From Octopus bimaculoides (Eukaryota), in contig NC_068991.1 in assembly GCF_001194135.2 (NCBI RefSeq), positions 30,396,802 through 30,460,801 on the forward strand: 64,000 nucleotides of DNA, read 5' to 3'. The notes below the pieces were generated by a model. That model did not search any database. It had not been told where the DNA came from and saw only the letters and a list, made by a program, of their open reading frames with translations. Both the position numbers and the translations under genes were made by a program. Below, in pieces: positions 27,417 through 39,735 of this stretch (the first letter of the stretch is position 1; every line of letters starts with the position of its first letter).

Positions 27417-27730
27417 TTGCCTATAGTAGAAGCCCGTCATGGCTGCGTTTAGGATGGCCGAATGATTGAATCTTTGGGTATGCAGTTTCGACAACAGCCT
27501 CGGGTCATCTTCAGCTGTATGGTGGTACATGGAAAATATGTAGATGCCCGTCAGATCGACTGTACATAAAGTATTATTCAAAGATCTAGATTTGTCACAC
27601 AATGTCGCGCATATTCTGCCAGATTATTATATTAAAGGTACAGGCGTCATTAGAAAAGTCACTCATTGATGCGAGAGAACAAGATGCACTACAACTACAT
27701 TTCAAAGGATCAGCCTTGTAAAATACTATA

Positions 27731-27947
27731 CGAGGGGGTACTGAAAAGTTCCTTGCTTCGGGTAAAAGAAAATACAGGAGAATCAGTTAATTATGATTTT
27801 ATTCAACATAGTCCCCTCTCAGATTCATGCACTTATTGTAGCAGTCTTTCAGTTTTTCTAAGGCCTGTAAAAGAACTCGGAAATTTGGGCCTCCAGTCAG
27901 GTCTTTCGTGAGGCTCTTAAAACCAGGAACTTTTCAGCACCTCCTCG
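27731..27947. mobile_element. Tc1/mariner-type MITE
   Basis: TA|CGAGGGGGTACTGAAAAGTTCCTTG ... CCAGGAACTTTTCAGCACCTCCTCG|TA: ~25-bp TIRs with TA duplication. Confidence 0.9.
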
Positions 27948-29871
27948 TACCACCATATTTCCCCCTGAGAAATATATTAAGGATTTGTGTTTAAGGAAGA
28001 CATTAACCATTTATTCATACAATGTTTATCCTACAATGACTTTTTAGTTCAGTTGATCGAAGAACTGGAACACCTTTATCGAAATTGATGCGATGTCCAC
28101 CCAAATCAGGATAAAACTTCTTAGTTCCAATTGGGCACTGAAACATGTATACTACAGTCATACAACTGATATCATAAAGCAAGGCATACACTCCACAACT
28201 GTCCTTCGGAAATGTATACTCTCCACCTAACGAAAAATATAATACAGAATACCGACATTGGCACTTTAGAGGATTTGGTCTCGTACAGCAATCATCTAAG
28301 TTCAAATCTTTACAGAAGCGATTTCACTTTCACACATCTTAGACCTTCAAATTAATACTAGAATTATATCTGACTTATTCTAAATGATCTGAGGCGTCGG
28401 TGTCACTTTTATTCCAGTAATGTGGTGAGGAAGACACAAAGAGCAAAAAGATGTACACCCAGCAATCTGAGGCTACACAATTTTTTCGATTCCCAATTAA
28501 GGCAGTTTTATAAATTTGAACTTCACCCGTAAAGCTATAAATCTCATTTTCAACTTCCTCTTCGAAAATGTCCAACCTGTAAACTTACTCAAAAGAAACC
28601 AATTATTTAGCAACTGTCATAGGATCAAAAATACACATCTCAAAAATTGAAACTTGTGTCTTAGTTTCAATTCTTGTATTGTAGAATAATTTCACTACAA
28701 CCGCTCATAAATTGATGAGATATTTAAACACCTCCACCGCCAAATATTCTTTGGAATCTTGTGTATTTTACTTAAATATTAACTAAAATATTTGATAGAG
28801 ATACTTTTTTCAGATAATTCTTTATTTACACTACAAATAGCAGATAGAAAGGCATGAAGGCAATGGCATCAAGTTTCCCTACAGACGAAACCAAAAAGAA
28901 ACATCTTCATTGTAAAGTTTGTAAAATTTGGTTTACGTTAGAGAAATGACGTTGTTAAGAAAATCACGAATTTTCCCTTTTAGGTTAAACACATCGAAAA
29001 TTAAGTCTTTGGACTCCTCAGAACTAATCTTCGACACCCCACTTTAACTGTTGTTGGCTATCGTAGGTTAAAAACGGAAACTTTTGATTGTTCATTTGTT
29101 TTCTTGCCAGGAAAACGATTTTATTCGTGAGAGGGCTTTTGTGTATCAAAGTTGAAAACAAATTAATATTTAAAGTTATTTATTTATTTTATTTAAAAGC
29201 TTGTCTAAAGCTGATACATCTTGACAGACCGAGGAATATATCTAATAAACTTTCTTCAAATCAATAACTAGAAAGAAATACTAGAAAAGAAAACGAACAT
29301 TTAAAATATCTGCTGTTAAATTATCTTGATTGGTAGATCATGGAAAATAATTTCTCTCAGAGGCTTACATCTGAGGGATTGGGGTTCAAATTCCCTCACA
29401 CAGCGTTTTGTACTCTTTTTGGAGCTGATAAAGCACAACTACAAATAATAACTTGAGGGCAACCAAAATTAACACCATCTTTTCTTTCGAACCAACGATG
29501 TTCATTTTAACTGCTAGGAATAGCACCTTAATTTCTTTAAAATTTTATTCTTAAGGTCTAAAAAGAAAAAGATGCAAATTGAGATGCACGGAAGCAGAAA
29601 ATATCGTCATGGTTGGAAAATTTTAGTTCATAGTTATCTTTAATCAATGCTAGCCTGAGCTGAAAAGTAATATAAAACTTTTTGAAGAGAGAACAAAAAA
29701 TTGTAACGTCTGTTGATGGTAACTATATAAAATTCAAGATGATTGTTGCTTTTACATGGTCGTCGGTATGAATGAGTTAGGAAATATTGAAAGATTGAAT
29801 AAGTTCGTTGTTGTATTTTTGGAAGGTCATTTTGCAAAAATGACACACCCACTGGCTCTCTTTCACTTCTA

Positions 29872-29946
29872 CTCCTCCTCTTCCTCTTCCTCCTCCACCT
29901 CCTCCTCCTCCTCCTCCTCCTCCTTCTTCTTCTTCTTCTTCTTCTT

Positions 29947-30008
<62 letters not shown>

Positions 30009-30024
30009 CATCATCATTATTATT
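29872..30024. repeat. Compound trinucleotide microsatellite (TCC)n(TTC)n(TTA)n(TCA)n(TTA)n
   Basis: Read directly from the sequence. Confidence 0.97.
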
Positions 30025-30029
30025 AAGTT

Positions 30030-30240
30030 GGTGAGCTAGCAAAAGCCGTTAGTATGCCGGACAAAATGCCTGGCAATATTTTGTCTGTCTTTATGTTCTG
30101 AATTCAAATTCTGCCGAGGTCAGCTTTGTTTATCTTCCTTTCGGGGTCGATAAAACAAGTACCAGTTGAACACTGGGGGCCGATGTAATCGACTTATATT
30201 CTCCCCGAAATTGCTTACCTTGTTCCAAAATTTGAAACTT
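30030..30240 (+). mobile_element. SINE family A, full length
   Basis: GTGAGCTAGCAAAAGCCGTTAG...GAATTCAAATTCTGCCGAGGTC...CCAAAATTTGAAAC. Confidence 0.88.
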
Positions 30241-30242
30241 GC

Positions 30243-30470
30243 GTTGTTCGAATGCAAAATGGTCACATTCCAAATATTCTTTTGTATGGTCAACTAGTAC
30301 AGGTATTCCGCGGTAAAGGAAGACGCATCCTTAGAAGTAAGGATATGTTGAAACATTCACTAAAATCCTTAGAGTCTAATTTAATATCTTGGTAAAAATT
30401 ATTGCCTAGATCTGTCTGAGTGGCGTAGAATGTGTCATGATGAATTTATACAATTTAAGTTGGGAACAGA
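30243..30470 (+). mobile_element. RTE-clade LINE C-terminal fragment
   Basis: RMQNGHIPNILLYGQL..GKGRRILRSKDMLKHSLKSL..W..(D)LSEWRRMCH resembles the RM...IPKQLLYG.L..G.R..G....R.KD.LK..L motif of RTE/BovB ORF ends. Confidence 0.7.
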
Positions 30471-30877
30471 ACAATAACAGAATTTTATGCGGCAGTCAAC
30501 AGATGCATTTACGCAATCCCAAGCAAAATTAAACTTATCATTGTCCCCATTGTGACTTCATAGCAAAATCCATATCTATACTCATTATATTCACGTATCC
30601 ATCGCAAATAGATACAACTCCTGTTATTCTTAATCATTTTCGATAAAATAAAGTAGTAAATAAAACACTGGAGTCGATGTAATTGGCGAAACCCTTTTCA
30701 TAAAATCGCTGGCCTTGTACCTTTATCAGAAAGAATTAGATAAAAGATAGAGTCGAAAATAAAGCCGTTATGTTGTTTCGGCTCTTTACATTCTGGATGA
30801 ACTCTGCTCTTCATTCTTACGGTGTGAATGAAACAAAGTACCAGTCCACTACTGGAGTCAATACTTGCCTCTCTAAG

Positions 30878-31065
30878 TAAAGCAGAATCATTAGCACGCC
30901 GGACAAAACGCATAGTGGTATTTCTTCCGGCTTTACCTTTGAGTCAACATTCCACCGAGGTTGACTTTTCGGGGTTGATAAAATAAGTACCAATTGAGCA
31001 CTAGGGAAACGACTTACCCCCTCCTACCAAAATCCTGGCTTTGTGCCAAAATTTGAAATCAATAT
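30878..31065 (+). mobile_element. SINE family A copy (internal deletion)
   Basis: GCAGAATCATTAGCACGCCGGAC...GATAAAATAAGTACC...GCCAAAATTTGAAA. Confidence 0.82.
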
Positions 31066-31494
31066 AAGCCTCTTCACAAATTTCTGACCTTGTGCCTGTA
31101 TCGGGAATGATTGTACAACGTGAATAAAAATAAATTTCTAAAAGGACTTTTTAAACAAGCTGAATTAAATGATGTGTAATGTAATAAATTGAATATCGTT
31201 TACAGTTGAAATTAGTGCAATGCATATGAAAGCAAGCAGAAAGAAGGCGACTCCTGAAACACATGTTAGGTTGAGACTGAACCATAGGAATCAGGCAGCT
31301 TATATATCATTTCAAAATTTGAAGAATTCTCAGTCTAATTCTTTTAGAAGATTTATATTAATTATAAACTGTATATTCAAGCACTTTGCCAGTTGTATAT
31401 ACACCATCAAATAATCTCTCACTCCCTTGCTACTCACTCAATCTCTCCCTCTTTTTCGCACGTTGTGTTGTTTTAAATTTGGTTTATTCTGAAG

Positions 31495-31538
<44 letters not shown>

Positions 31539-31569
31539 TCGCACACACACTCACACACATATATTTATA

Positions 31570-31949
31570 TACTCTTTTACTTGTTTCAGTCATTTGACTG
31601 CGGCGATGCTGGAGCACCGCCTTTAGTCGAGAAAATCGACCCCAGGACTTATTCTTTGGATGCCTAGTACTTATTCTACGGGGACGTAAACACATCGCCA
31701 TCGATTGTCAAGCAATGCTAGGGGAGGGGGACAAATACAGACACACAAACACATACATACATATATATATATATATACATATATACGACAGGCTTCTTTC
31801 AGTTTCCGTCTTCCAAATCCACTCACAAGGCTTTGCTCGGCCCGAGGCTATAGTAGAAGACACTTGCCCAATGTGCCACGCAGTGGGAATGAACCCAGAA
31901 CCATGTGGTTGGTAAGCAAGCTACTTACCACACAGCCACTCCTGCGCCT
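31570..31949 (-). mobile_element. SINE family B, full length
   Basis: Minus head AGGCGCAGGAGTGGCTGTGTGGTAAG (A box), GGGTTCATTCCC (B box); short internal microsatellite. Confidence 0.92.
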
Positions 31950-32266
31950 GGTACTCCGTCGGTTACGACGACAACGGTTTAAGTCGATCCGATCAACAAA
32001 ACAGCCTGCTCGTAAAATCAACGTGCAAGCGACTGAGCACTCTACAGACACGCGTACCCTTAACGTAGTTCTCGGAGAGATTCAGCGTGACACAAAATGT
32101 GACAAGGCCGGCCCTTTGATTTACAGGTACTATTCATTTTTGCCAGTTGAGTGGACTGGAGCAATAAGAAATGAAATGTTTTGTTCAAGGACAACGCGTC
32201 ACCGGTTTTTGAACTCAGACCTTACGATCGTGAGCCGAATATCCTAACTACTAAGCTACATGCCTT

Positions 32267-32270
<4 letters not shown>
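31950..32270 (-). mobile_element. SINE family C-prime (own tRNA-like head, 3' half shared with the 34179 element)
   Basis: Minus head GGCATGTAGCTTAGTAGTTAGG...TGAGTTCAAAAACC; 3' half GTGTCACGCTGAATCTC...GTCGTAACCGACGGAGTACC aligns to ~34403-34546. Confidence 0.85.
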
Positions 32271-32309
<39 letters not shown>

Positions 32310-32321
32310 ACATGCATATAT

Positions 32322-33240
32322 GTACGAGTGAGTCGGTAAACGAAAAAAGGTGGCACTCAACACATTTCGTAGGAGTCAAACATAGTATTTCATAACAGTT
32401 TGATTAGGTTCCATTAAAGTGCATTTGAATGCTTTTCAGGAGAGATATTTGTTAATTTCAAAGAAGTACAAAACTCTAATCGCCTTAAAAATGGGATCCT
32501 CCAACTTTAATGCACTTGTAGCACTCTAGACATTTCGTGAAATTCCCATGAATGTCCTCCAAGAAGAAGATGCCCAGGGCAATTGTCACAGCCTCCTTCA
32601 GCTTGATTAACAACGAAAAGTCACAGCGAGCAAGGTCTGGACTGTAGGGAGGGTGAGGGACAGTTTTGATACATACACATGTTCTTCAATTAACAGGATT
32701 CACAGGGTGGAATTGTGGACTAGTGTGTTTTCCTGCTGCCACTAAGCTGAGTGGAAGAACTCTGACCTTTTGCGATGAAATTTCCTCCTGAACTCCCTCA
32801 AAACCTCCACAAAATACTCTTTGTTGACTATTTGGCAGAGGATGTACGTGATTCCCTTACCGTCGAAAAAGGGGATCATCATCAGCTTCCCGATGGATTT
32901 GTTTTGTCTGGGCTCTTGCACAAAACATACTCAAAACAACATCAGCACAAAACATACTCGGCTCAAACAAATTAATTCATAAGCAATCTGGAGTATTTCA
33001 TAAGTTTCTGTAGCGTCTTTGTCCAGTTAAACACGAAATTAAATACTGCATAGCGAACTTCCAAATCGTCTTCACGTCCCGACTGCATTCTATAAACTGG
33101 TCAGCTGTGACAAGCAGTGTTTAGTTGAGTTTGTTGAAAATGCTGTTACAGCCGTTTCCTCCTGCCTGTCAAAGCTTCCTTCAGCTTGGAAGAAATAGAG
33201 ACGTACCAGCATTACCCTGCAGCACGCTTGAACAGTTATG
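32322..33240 (-). mobile_element. Mariner-family transposase relic
   Basis: Minus translation: KLMMIPFFDGKG..VNKEYFVEVLREFRRK..; IKTVPHPPYSPDLARCDF; CLECYKCIKVGGSHF; terminus TACGAG-like. Confidence 0.8.
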
Positions 33241-33373
33241 ATCTCTTCTTATGGAACCATCGGTTGCGTTATTAAATCACATTCACTGATTTATGCACAC
33301 ACACACACACACACACACACNNNNNNNNNNNNNNNNNNNNNNNNNNNNNNNNNNNNNNNNNNNNNNNNNNNNN

Positions 33374-33404
<31 letters not shown>

Positions 33405-33504
33405 TTGGGAAGCAAGCTTCTTATCACTTAAGCAGTCTTGTGCCTACGTGTGTGTTTTGAAAACTTTAAATTTCATATTTCCTTCCAACTAATGGTTTGA
33501 TGAT

Positions 33505-33780
33505 ACTGTTATCAGGCACGCTTGAAGGTCTTTGTGGTTATACTATGATTCTGGTTTGGTGAAACGTAACGATCAGTTATTGTTTGATATATGCATCGTA
33601 TCCTGCGACAGGTCTGAGTGTTGTGAATTGATTGGAATTTGTATATATTTGATAAGTGCTGAAAAGACTATTTTCGTAGAGTTAGGTCTTTTTCGAGATG
33701 ATGGGTTGCTTCCTTTGCGAAGGATAAATTAACCACTCACTCAATGATGCTAAGACGAACGTTTATTACCATGTTGAAAG
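33505..33780 (+). mobile_element. Penelope-like reverse transcriptase fragment
   Basis: LVKRNDQLLFDICIVSCDRSECCELIGI...LGLFRDDGL matches the PLE pattern FDV.MGS.DGAE.CELVG...GLYRDDGL. Confidence 0.7.
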
Positions 33781-33807
33781 AATTATATTAAGGATCGTTC
33801 TTTGAGG

Positions 33808-33976
33808 CTTTTCGTCCGTCTTCACGTTCTGAGTTCAAATTCTGCCGGGGTCGACTTTGCCTTTTATCCTTTCATAGTCGATAAAATTAGTGTCTGTCAA
33901 GTACCGGGGTCGATGTGATCGACTTCCCCTTACCTCAAAAACTGTTGGCCTTGTGCCAAACTTTTTAACCATTATT
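33808..33976 (+). mobile_element. SINE family A copy
   Basis: TTCGTCCGTCTTCACGTTCTGAGTTCAAATTCTGCCGGGGTCGAC...GGCCTTGTGCCAAAC. Confidence 0.85.
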
Positions 33977-34178
33977 GCAATGACCTGATATTGGTACGAC
34001 TGTTAAGAAGTTTCCGATATAAATTGGATGAAATACTTGATTTTCTATGCAATGGATTTGTCTTGGATCGTGGCCAAATAATTTGAAGCGTAAATATTTT
34101 CATCAATATCAGACCAACATCAACACGAGTTGCCTCCCTTTCTTATGCATGTGTTATACAAAGAGTACTAAAAAACAA

Positions 34179-34556
34179 GTGGAGGCGCATTGGCCCAGTG
34201 GTTAGGGCAGCGGACTCGCGGTCATAGGATCGCGGTTTCGATTCCCAGACCGGGCGTTGTGAGTGTTTATTGAGCGAAAACACCTAAAGCTCCACGAGGC
34301 TCCGGCAGGGGATTGTGGTGAACCCTGCTGTACTCTTTCACCACAACTTTCTCTCACTCTTACTTCCTGTTTCTGTTGTGCCTGTAATTCAAAGGGTCAG
34401 CTGTGTCACGCTGAATATCCCCGAGAACTACGTTAAGGGTACACGTGTCTGTGGAGTGCTCAGCCACTTGCACATTAATTTCACGAGCAGGCTGTTCTGT
34501 TGATCGGATCAACTGGAACCCTCGACGTCGTAAGCGACGGAGTACCAACAACAACA
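34179..34556 (+). mobile_element. SINE family C, full length and apparently young (tRNA-like head, possibly Arg-TCG derived)
   Basis: A box TGGCCCAGTGG, B box GTTTCGATTCC, (CAA)n tail, perfect 12-bp TSD ACTAAAAAACAA at 34167-34178 and 34557-34568. Confidence 0.93.
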
Positions 34557-35574
34557 ACTAAAAAACAAACAAAGCAATATTTTTGCAAGTGATTTGACGA
34601 AAACACCACGTTCTGAACATGGTTGTAAATAGATGAATATGTAACACATTTTCTAACGTTTATTTTTGTTTTCATTATATGAGCAATTCGTGATATCCTG
34701 TTAATAAATCATATTTCAACGTGTTCAAGAATACTTTTTTCTTTACGCTTGAACAAACAGTAACTTGAAACTTGGAGTTACGTTGAAGAAGATTCAGCTT
34801 CTACTATTGTGTGTGTGTGTATATATATGTGTGTGTGTGTGTCCCAATGTGAATGCATTAGAATCTCTGTATAAATATCTTATAATTTGTTTACAATAAT
34901 TTTAATCGGATCCCTTCCACGCATATTCCTATATACGTCATACCTTTATCTTTCTTTCTTTCTGTTGAATGAATTGACTTGGAATACTTAATAGTATTTA
35001 TCCAAATCAAGGACAGTTCTTTAAAAGCATTATCTACTAGATCCAGTTTTGATTTCTAATTGAATTGCAAGGTCCCAGTTGATTGGTATTTATGTTGCTG
35101 ATCCTAAGGAATTGAAAGGCAAAGTGGTCCTTTGTAACATTTGAAATTTGAGAGTAAAGAGTCGAAAGCAAGCACTGCAAAGTTTTCCCTTTCTTTGCTG
35201 TAACAGTGCTCACAGTTTACAATCTTTACAACAGATTTCTCTTCTAGACAAATAAGTCGATGGCAGAATTAGTATAGCATTTTATTTATCCTTTACGTTC
35301 TTAGTTCAAATCCTTCGAATGGATTTAACTGAATAATCCCATCCAAACGAGTTACTAAAAAAACATGCGGTATCCTACCTTTCTGCTTATACCGTGATCC
35401 CCCTTCTTTCTCGATTCAAGTCCTGCAGAGGTCAATACTGCACTATATTCCTCTAATCCTGTTTAAATATCAGTCATATTGAGGGACAACTCAGTCGATT
35501 AACTTTACAATTTAAAGATCTCGTCGAAAAATAGTTATTGTTGTTCTTGATGATATTGTGGTCACAATTGTAGT

Positions 35575-35750
35575 ATAAGCCCAGGTCCGGTTTGGCCTAG
35601 CAGCTTCATAATAAAAACGGTCCAGCTGTGACCAGGCATTTATTTTATCTTATGGTTTTTATTTAGCGTAAAAGTAATACAGTGAAAATTATTGAATCGA
35701 TAGAGCTTGATTTGAAGAAAACCGAGCTGATATTTCTTGGAACTACAGCG
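35575..35750 (-). mobile_element. Copy of a fourth dispersed repeat (family D); further degenerate copies near 10690, 29500, 48790, 52065, 53180 and 57400
   Basis: Recurrent words CCAGCCGTGACCATC / GATGGTCAC and GCTGCTATTTCTAG-like in several places; boundaries approximate. Confidence 0.45.
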
Positions 35751-37552
35751 ACTATGTAAGCAGGGCTATGGTTTGTACGGTTTGTACGGTTTGGAAGAAA
35801 CTGAATGTAGACAATACCATAATAACAGAGTGACTCATTAGCTCCCTTCTAAGAAATAAGAATTCTATACAGATGTTGAGTACTCTGTCTTAACTTTGTC
35901 ACCCACAACATATATGTATGTATGTATGTATGTATGTATATGAGAGTGTGTGATTGTAAGCGGGTGAGGGAAAGAGAGGGAAGAAAGCGGGTGTGTGAGG
36001 GAAAGAGAAAGGGATAGAGAGCGGTGTAGAGGGAGAGAGAGAGAGAGAGGAGTAGAGAGAAAGAGAATGGTATGAGTGTGGGAATTTGTATTCAAAATTT
36101 TACAGATTCAGCTTCTTGTATGCTTTTATTTACGTCTATTAACCAAAAAGAAAGGAAAACGGAAGAGCGTGATTTTGCAAGCGACTTTATGGGTGTATAT
36201 GTGGGGTGGGGATGCGATGTGCTTAGAAAATAATGAAACCTCTTTCTTTATGTGAGCAGAAGAAACGAATGAAATTTTACAGAATAGTTTTTTTTAAAAA
36301 TTAAGAAAGGAACGCAATGTGGATTTTTGCTTTTAATACTGTGTGACCAGTTCTCAGAAGTGTCTTCGCTGTTTAATAATAAACCAATGAAAATGATGTT
36401 CTAATAAGTGAAAAGAAATTTGAAAAAAAAACAATCTTATAAGAAAAAAAAAACAACAAACAGACCCACCCATTCCCACCGAAATATGTTCAATAAAAAG
36501 AATTTGAATAACATNNNNNNNNNNNNNNNNNNNNNNNNNNNNNNNNNNNNNNNNNNNNNNNNNNNNNNNNNNNNNNNNNNNNNNNNNNNNNNNNNNNNNN
36601 NNNNNNNNNNNNNNNNNNNNNNNNNNNNNNNNNNNNNNNNNNNNNNNNNNNNNNNNNNNNNNNNNNNNNNNNNNNNNNNNNNNNNNNNNNNNNNNNNNNN
36701 NNNNNNNNNNNNNNNNNNNNNNNNNNNNNNNNNNNNNNNNNNNNNNNNNNNNNNNNNNNNNNNNNNNNNNNNNNNNNNNNNNNNNNNNNNNNNNNNNNNN
36801 NNNNNNNNNNNNNNNNNNNNNNNNNNNNNNNNNNNNNNNNNNNNNNNNNNNNNNNNNNNNNNNNNNNNNNNNNNNNNNNNNNNNNNNNNNNNNNNNNNNN
36901 NNNNNNNNNNNNNNNNNNNNNNNNNNNNNNNNNNNNNNNNNNNNNNNNNNNNNNNNNNNNNNNNNNNNNNNNNNNNNNNNNNNNNNNNNNNNNNNNNNNN
37001 NNNNNNNNNNNNNNNNNNNNNNNNNNNNNNNNNNNNNNNNNNNNNNNNNNNNNNNNNNNNNNNNNNNNNNNNNNNNNNNNNNNNNNNNNNNNNNNNNNNN
37101 NNNNNNNNNNNNNNNNNNNNNNNNNNNNNNNNNNNNNNNNNNNNNNNNNNCTACAAAAACGGTTATAAATGCCTACATTATAGGTTTTTTGTATAGTGTA
37201 TGTTGCTGCACAAAGAGAGATGGACTCAATCCTGAAAACAAAAGGCGCAGATTTTCACAGAATGGGAACAAATTTTAGAACTTCAGATATCTGATAAATT
37301 ATCCCACTTTGAGGGCAAGAGAGACAATTGCGGATTCTTCATAAATTTATTTATGTCAGATTTTTATATCATGTGTTCTCTCATGTCGATAAAGACACAA
37401 TTTTGAAATTGATGAACACACACACACACAGACACACACACACACACACATACACGTATATATACACATACTCAAACATACAGAAACATAGGCGTATATA
37501 TACACGTACCCAAACACACACACATATATACATGTACACGCATACATATATG

Positions 37553-37583
<31 letters not shown>

Positions 37584-38809
37584 ATATANNNNNNNNNNNN
37601 NNNNNNNNNNNNNNNNNNNNNNNNNNNNNNNNNNNNNNNNNNNNNNNNNNNNNNNNNNNNNNNNNNNNNNNNNNNNNNNNNNNNNNNNNNNNNNNNNNNN
37701 NNNNNNNNNNNNNNNNNNNNNNNNNNNNNNNNNNNNNNNNNNNNNNNNNNNNNNNNNNNNNNNNNNNNNNNNNNNNNNNNNNNNNNNNNNNNNNNNNNNN
37801 NNNNNNNNNNNNNNNNNNNNNNNNNNNNNNNNNNNNNNNNNNNNNNNNNNNNNNNNNNNNNNNNNNNNNNNNNNNNNNNNNNNNNNNNNNNNNNNNNNNN
37901 NNNNNNNNNNNNNNNNNNNNNNNNNNNNNNNNNNNNNNNNNNNNNNNNNNNNNNNNNNNNNNNNNNNNNNNNNNNNNNNNNNNNNNNNNNNNNNNNNNNN
38001 NNNNNNNNNNNNNNNNNNNNNNNNNNNNNNNNNNNNNNNNNNNNNNNNNNNNNNNNNNNNNNNNNNNNNNNNNNNNNNNNNNNNNNNNNNNNNNNNNNNN
38101 NNNNNNNNNNNNNNNNNNNNNNNNNNNNNNNNNNNNNNNNNNNNNNNNNNNNNNNNNNNNNNNNNNNNNNNNNNNNNNNNNNNNNNNNNNNNNNNNNNNN
38201 NNNNNNNNNNNNNNNNNNNNNNNNNNNNNNNNNNNNNNNNNNNNNNNNNNNNNNNNNNNNNNNNNNNNNNNNNNNNNNNNNNNNNNNNNNNNNNNNNNNN
38301 NNNNNNNNNNNNNNNNNNNNNNNNNNNNNNNNNNNNNNNNNNNNNNNNNNNNNNNNNNNNNNNNNNNNNNNNNNNNNNNNNNNNNNNNNNNNNNNNNNNN
38401 NNNNNNNNNNNNNNNNNNNNNNNNNNNNNNNNNNNNNNNNNNNNNNNNNNNNNNNNNNNNNNNNNNNNNNNNNNNNNNNNNNNNNNNNNNNNNNNNNNNN
38501 NNNNNNNNNNNNNNNNNNNNNNNNNNNNNNNNNNNNNNNNNNNNNNNNNACACAAACATATATATATATATACATATACATATATATATACATATATGAA
38601 TATATATATATCATATATACATATGTATGTATGTATGTATAAACATCTAAATATATATCTGTGTATGTGCATATGCGTATGCGGGTGTGTATATACTCAT
38701 ATTATCGATCATTAAATGGTACAATAATTATTTGTCTTTTATTATATACTTCGTTTTCACATGTTAACGTAAGAGAGTAAATGTAACTGTTATCATTGTT
38801 TTTGCTGTA

Positions 38810-38851
<42 letters not shown>

Positions 38852-39735
38852 GTTGTTGTTGTTGTTGTTGTTCACTTTTTGTGTCTTTCATATAAATTTT
38901 ATTACCGCTTTCATAAAATGCTTGTCTTTTCATTATTATTATTATTGTTATTATTGGCGTTCTTCAGTGTGTAAAGTGCATTTGTATTCTTGTATCCATT
39001 ACAAGACAATGGTTTTGTAGATGTGTGGGCCTTTGTTTCCGTTTGCATTGTTATTGATATTTAACTTCATGAAATATTTTGCCATTATTATACTGTTAAC
39101 GCAAAGAGTATACGCAAAATGTATACCTTGTTGTTGTTGATTTTGTTGTTATTGCTGTTGTTTGCTTTTGATGCCTCGTCATTTTTTGAATGCGCTTTGT
39201 GTCATAATTGTTTTCTTTATGTTTCACCAAAATATGTATTTCATGCAAAAAATGTTTTACGTAAACGCTCATAAATACATATGGATTCATATACGCATAA
39301 ATATGTATTACGTGACAGAGAGAGGTAGAGGGAGAGAGAGAACGAGAGGGAGTATGTGTGTGTATGTATGTATGTTAGTGTGTGTGTGTGTGTGTGTGTG
39401 CGTGTGTGCGTGTATGTGTAAGTACCAGTGTTTAACAAAACAAAATAACAGTAATCACATTAGTTTCAGCCATCTTTGGACACGCTCCATTACCATTTCA
39501 TGTTTCGTATAGCCACATGTGGCTACAACTATCATAATCATTAGCAATCATTATTCTAAGTATCATTGGCATTAATCAGTTCTTGAAGGTCTAGCTGTTC
39601 ATTTTCTCTCTTTTGAAAGTTTTTGTTCAGTATTTTGTAAACAGTATTATAATTAAGACGGTTTTTTTAATTAAAAAAAGATGTATGCAGTTCATTAATT
39701 TCCATCTTATTTTTTTTCTTTTTGCCAACACTCAG

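Noticed and set aside
34181-34255. tRNA-like sequence with A and B boxes
   Set aside because: It is the head of a SINE: it continues into a non-tRNA body with a (CAA)n tail and TSD, and the acceptor stem does not close
37328-38672. Longest ORFs in the track (423-438 aa) and all other X-rich ORFs
   Set aside because: They span N-gaps and contain no real coding information
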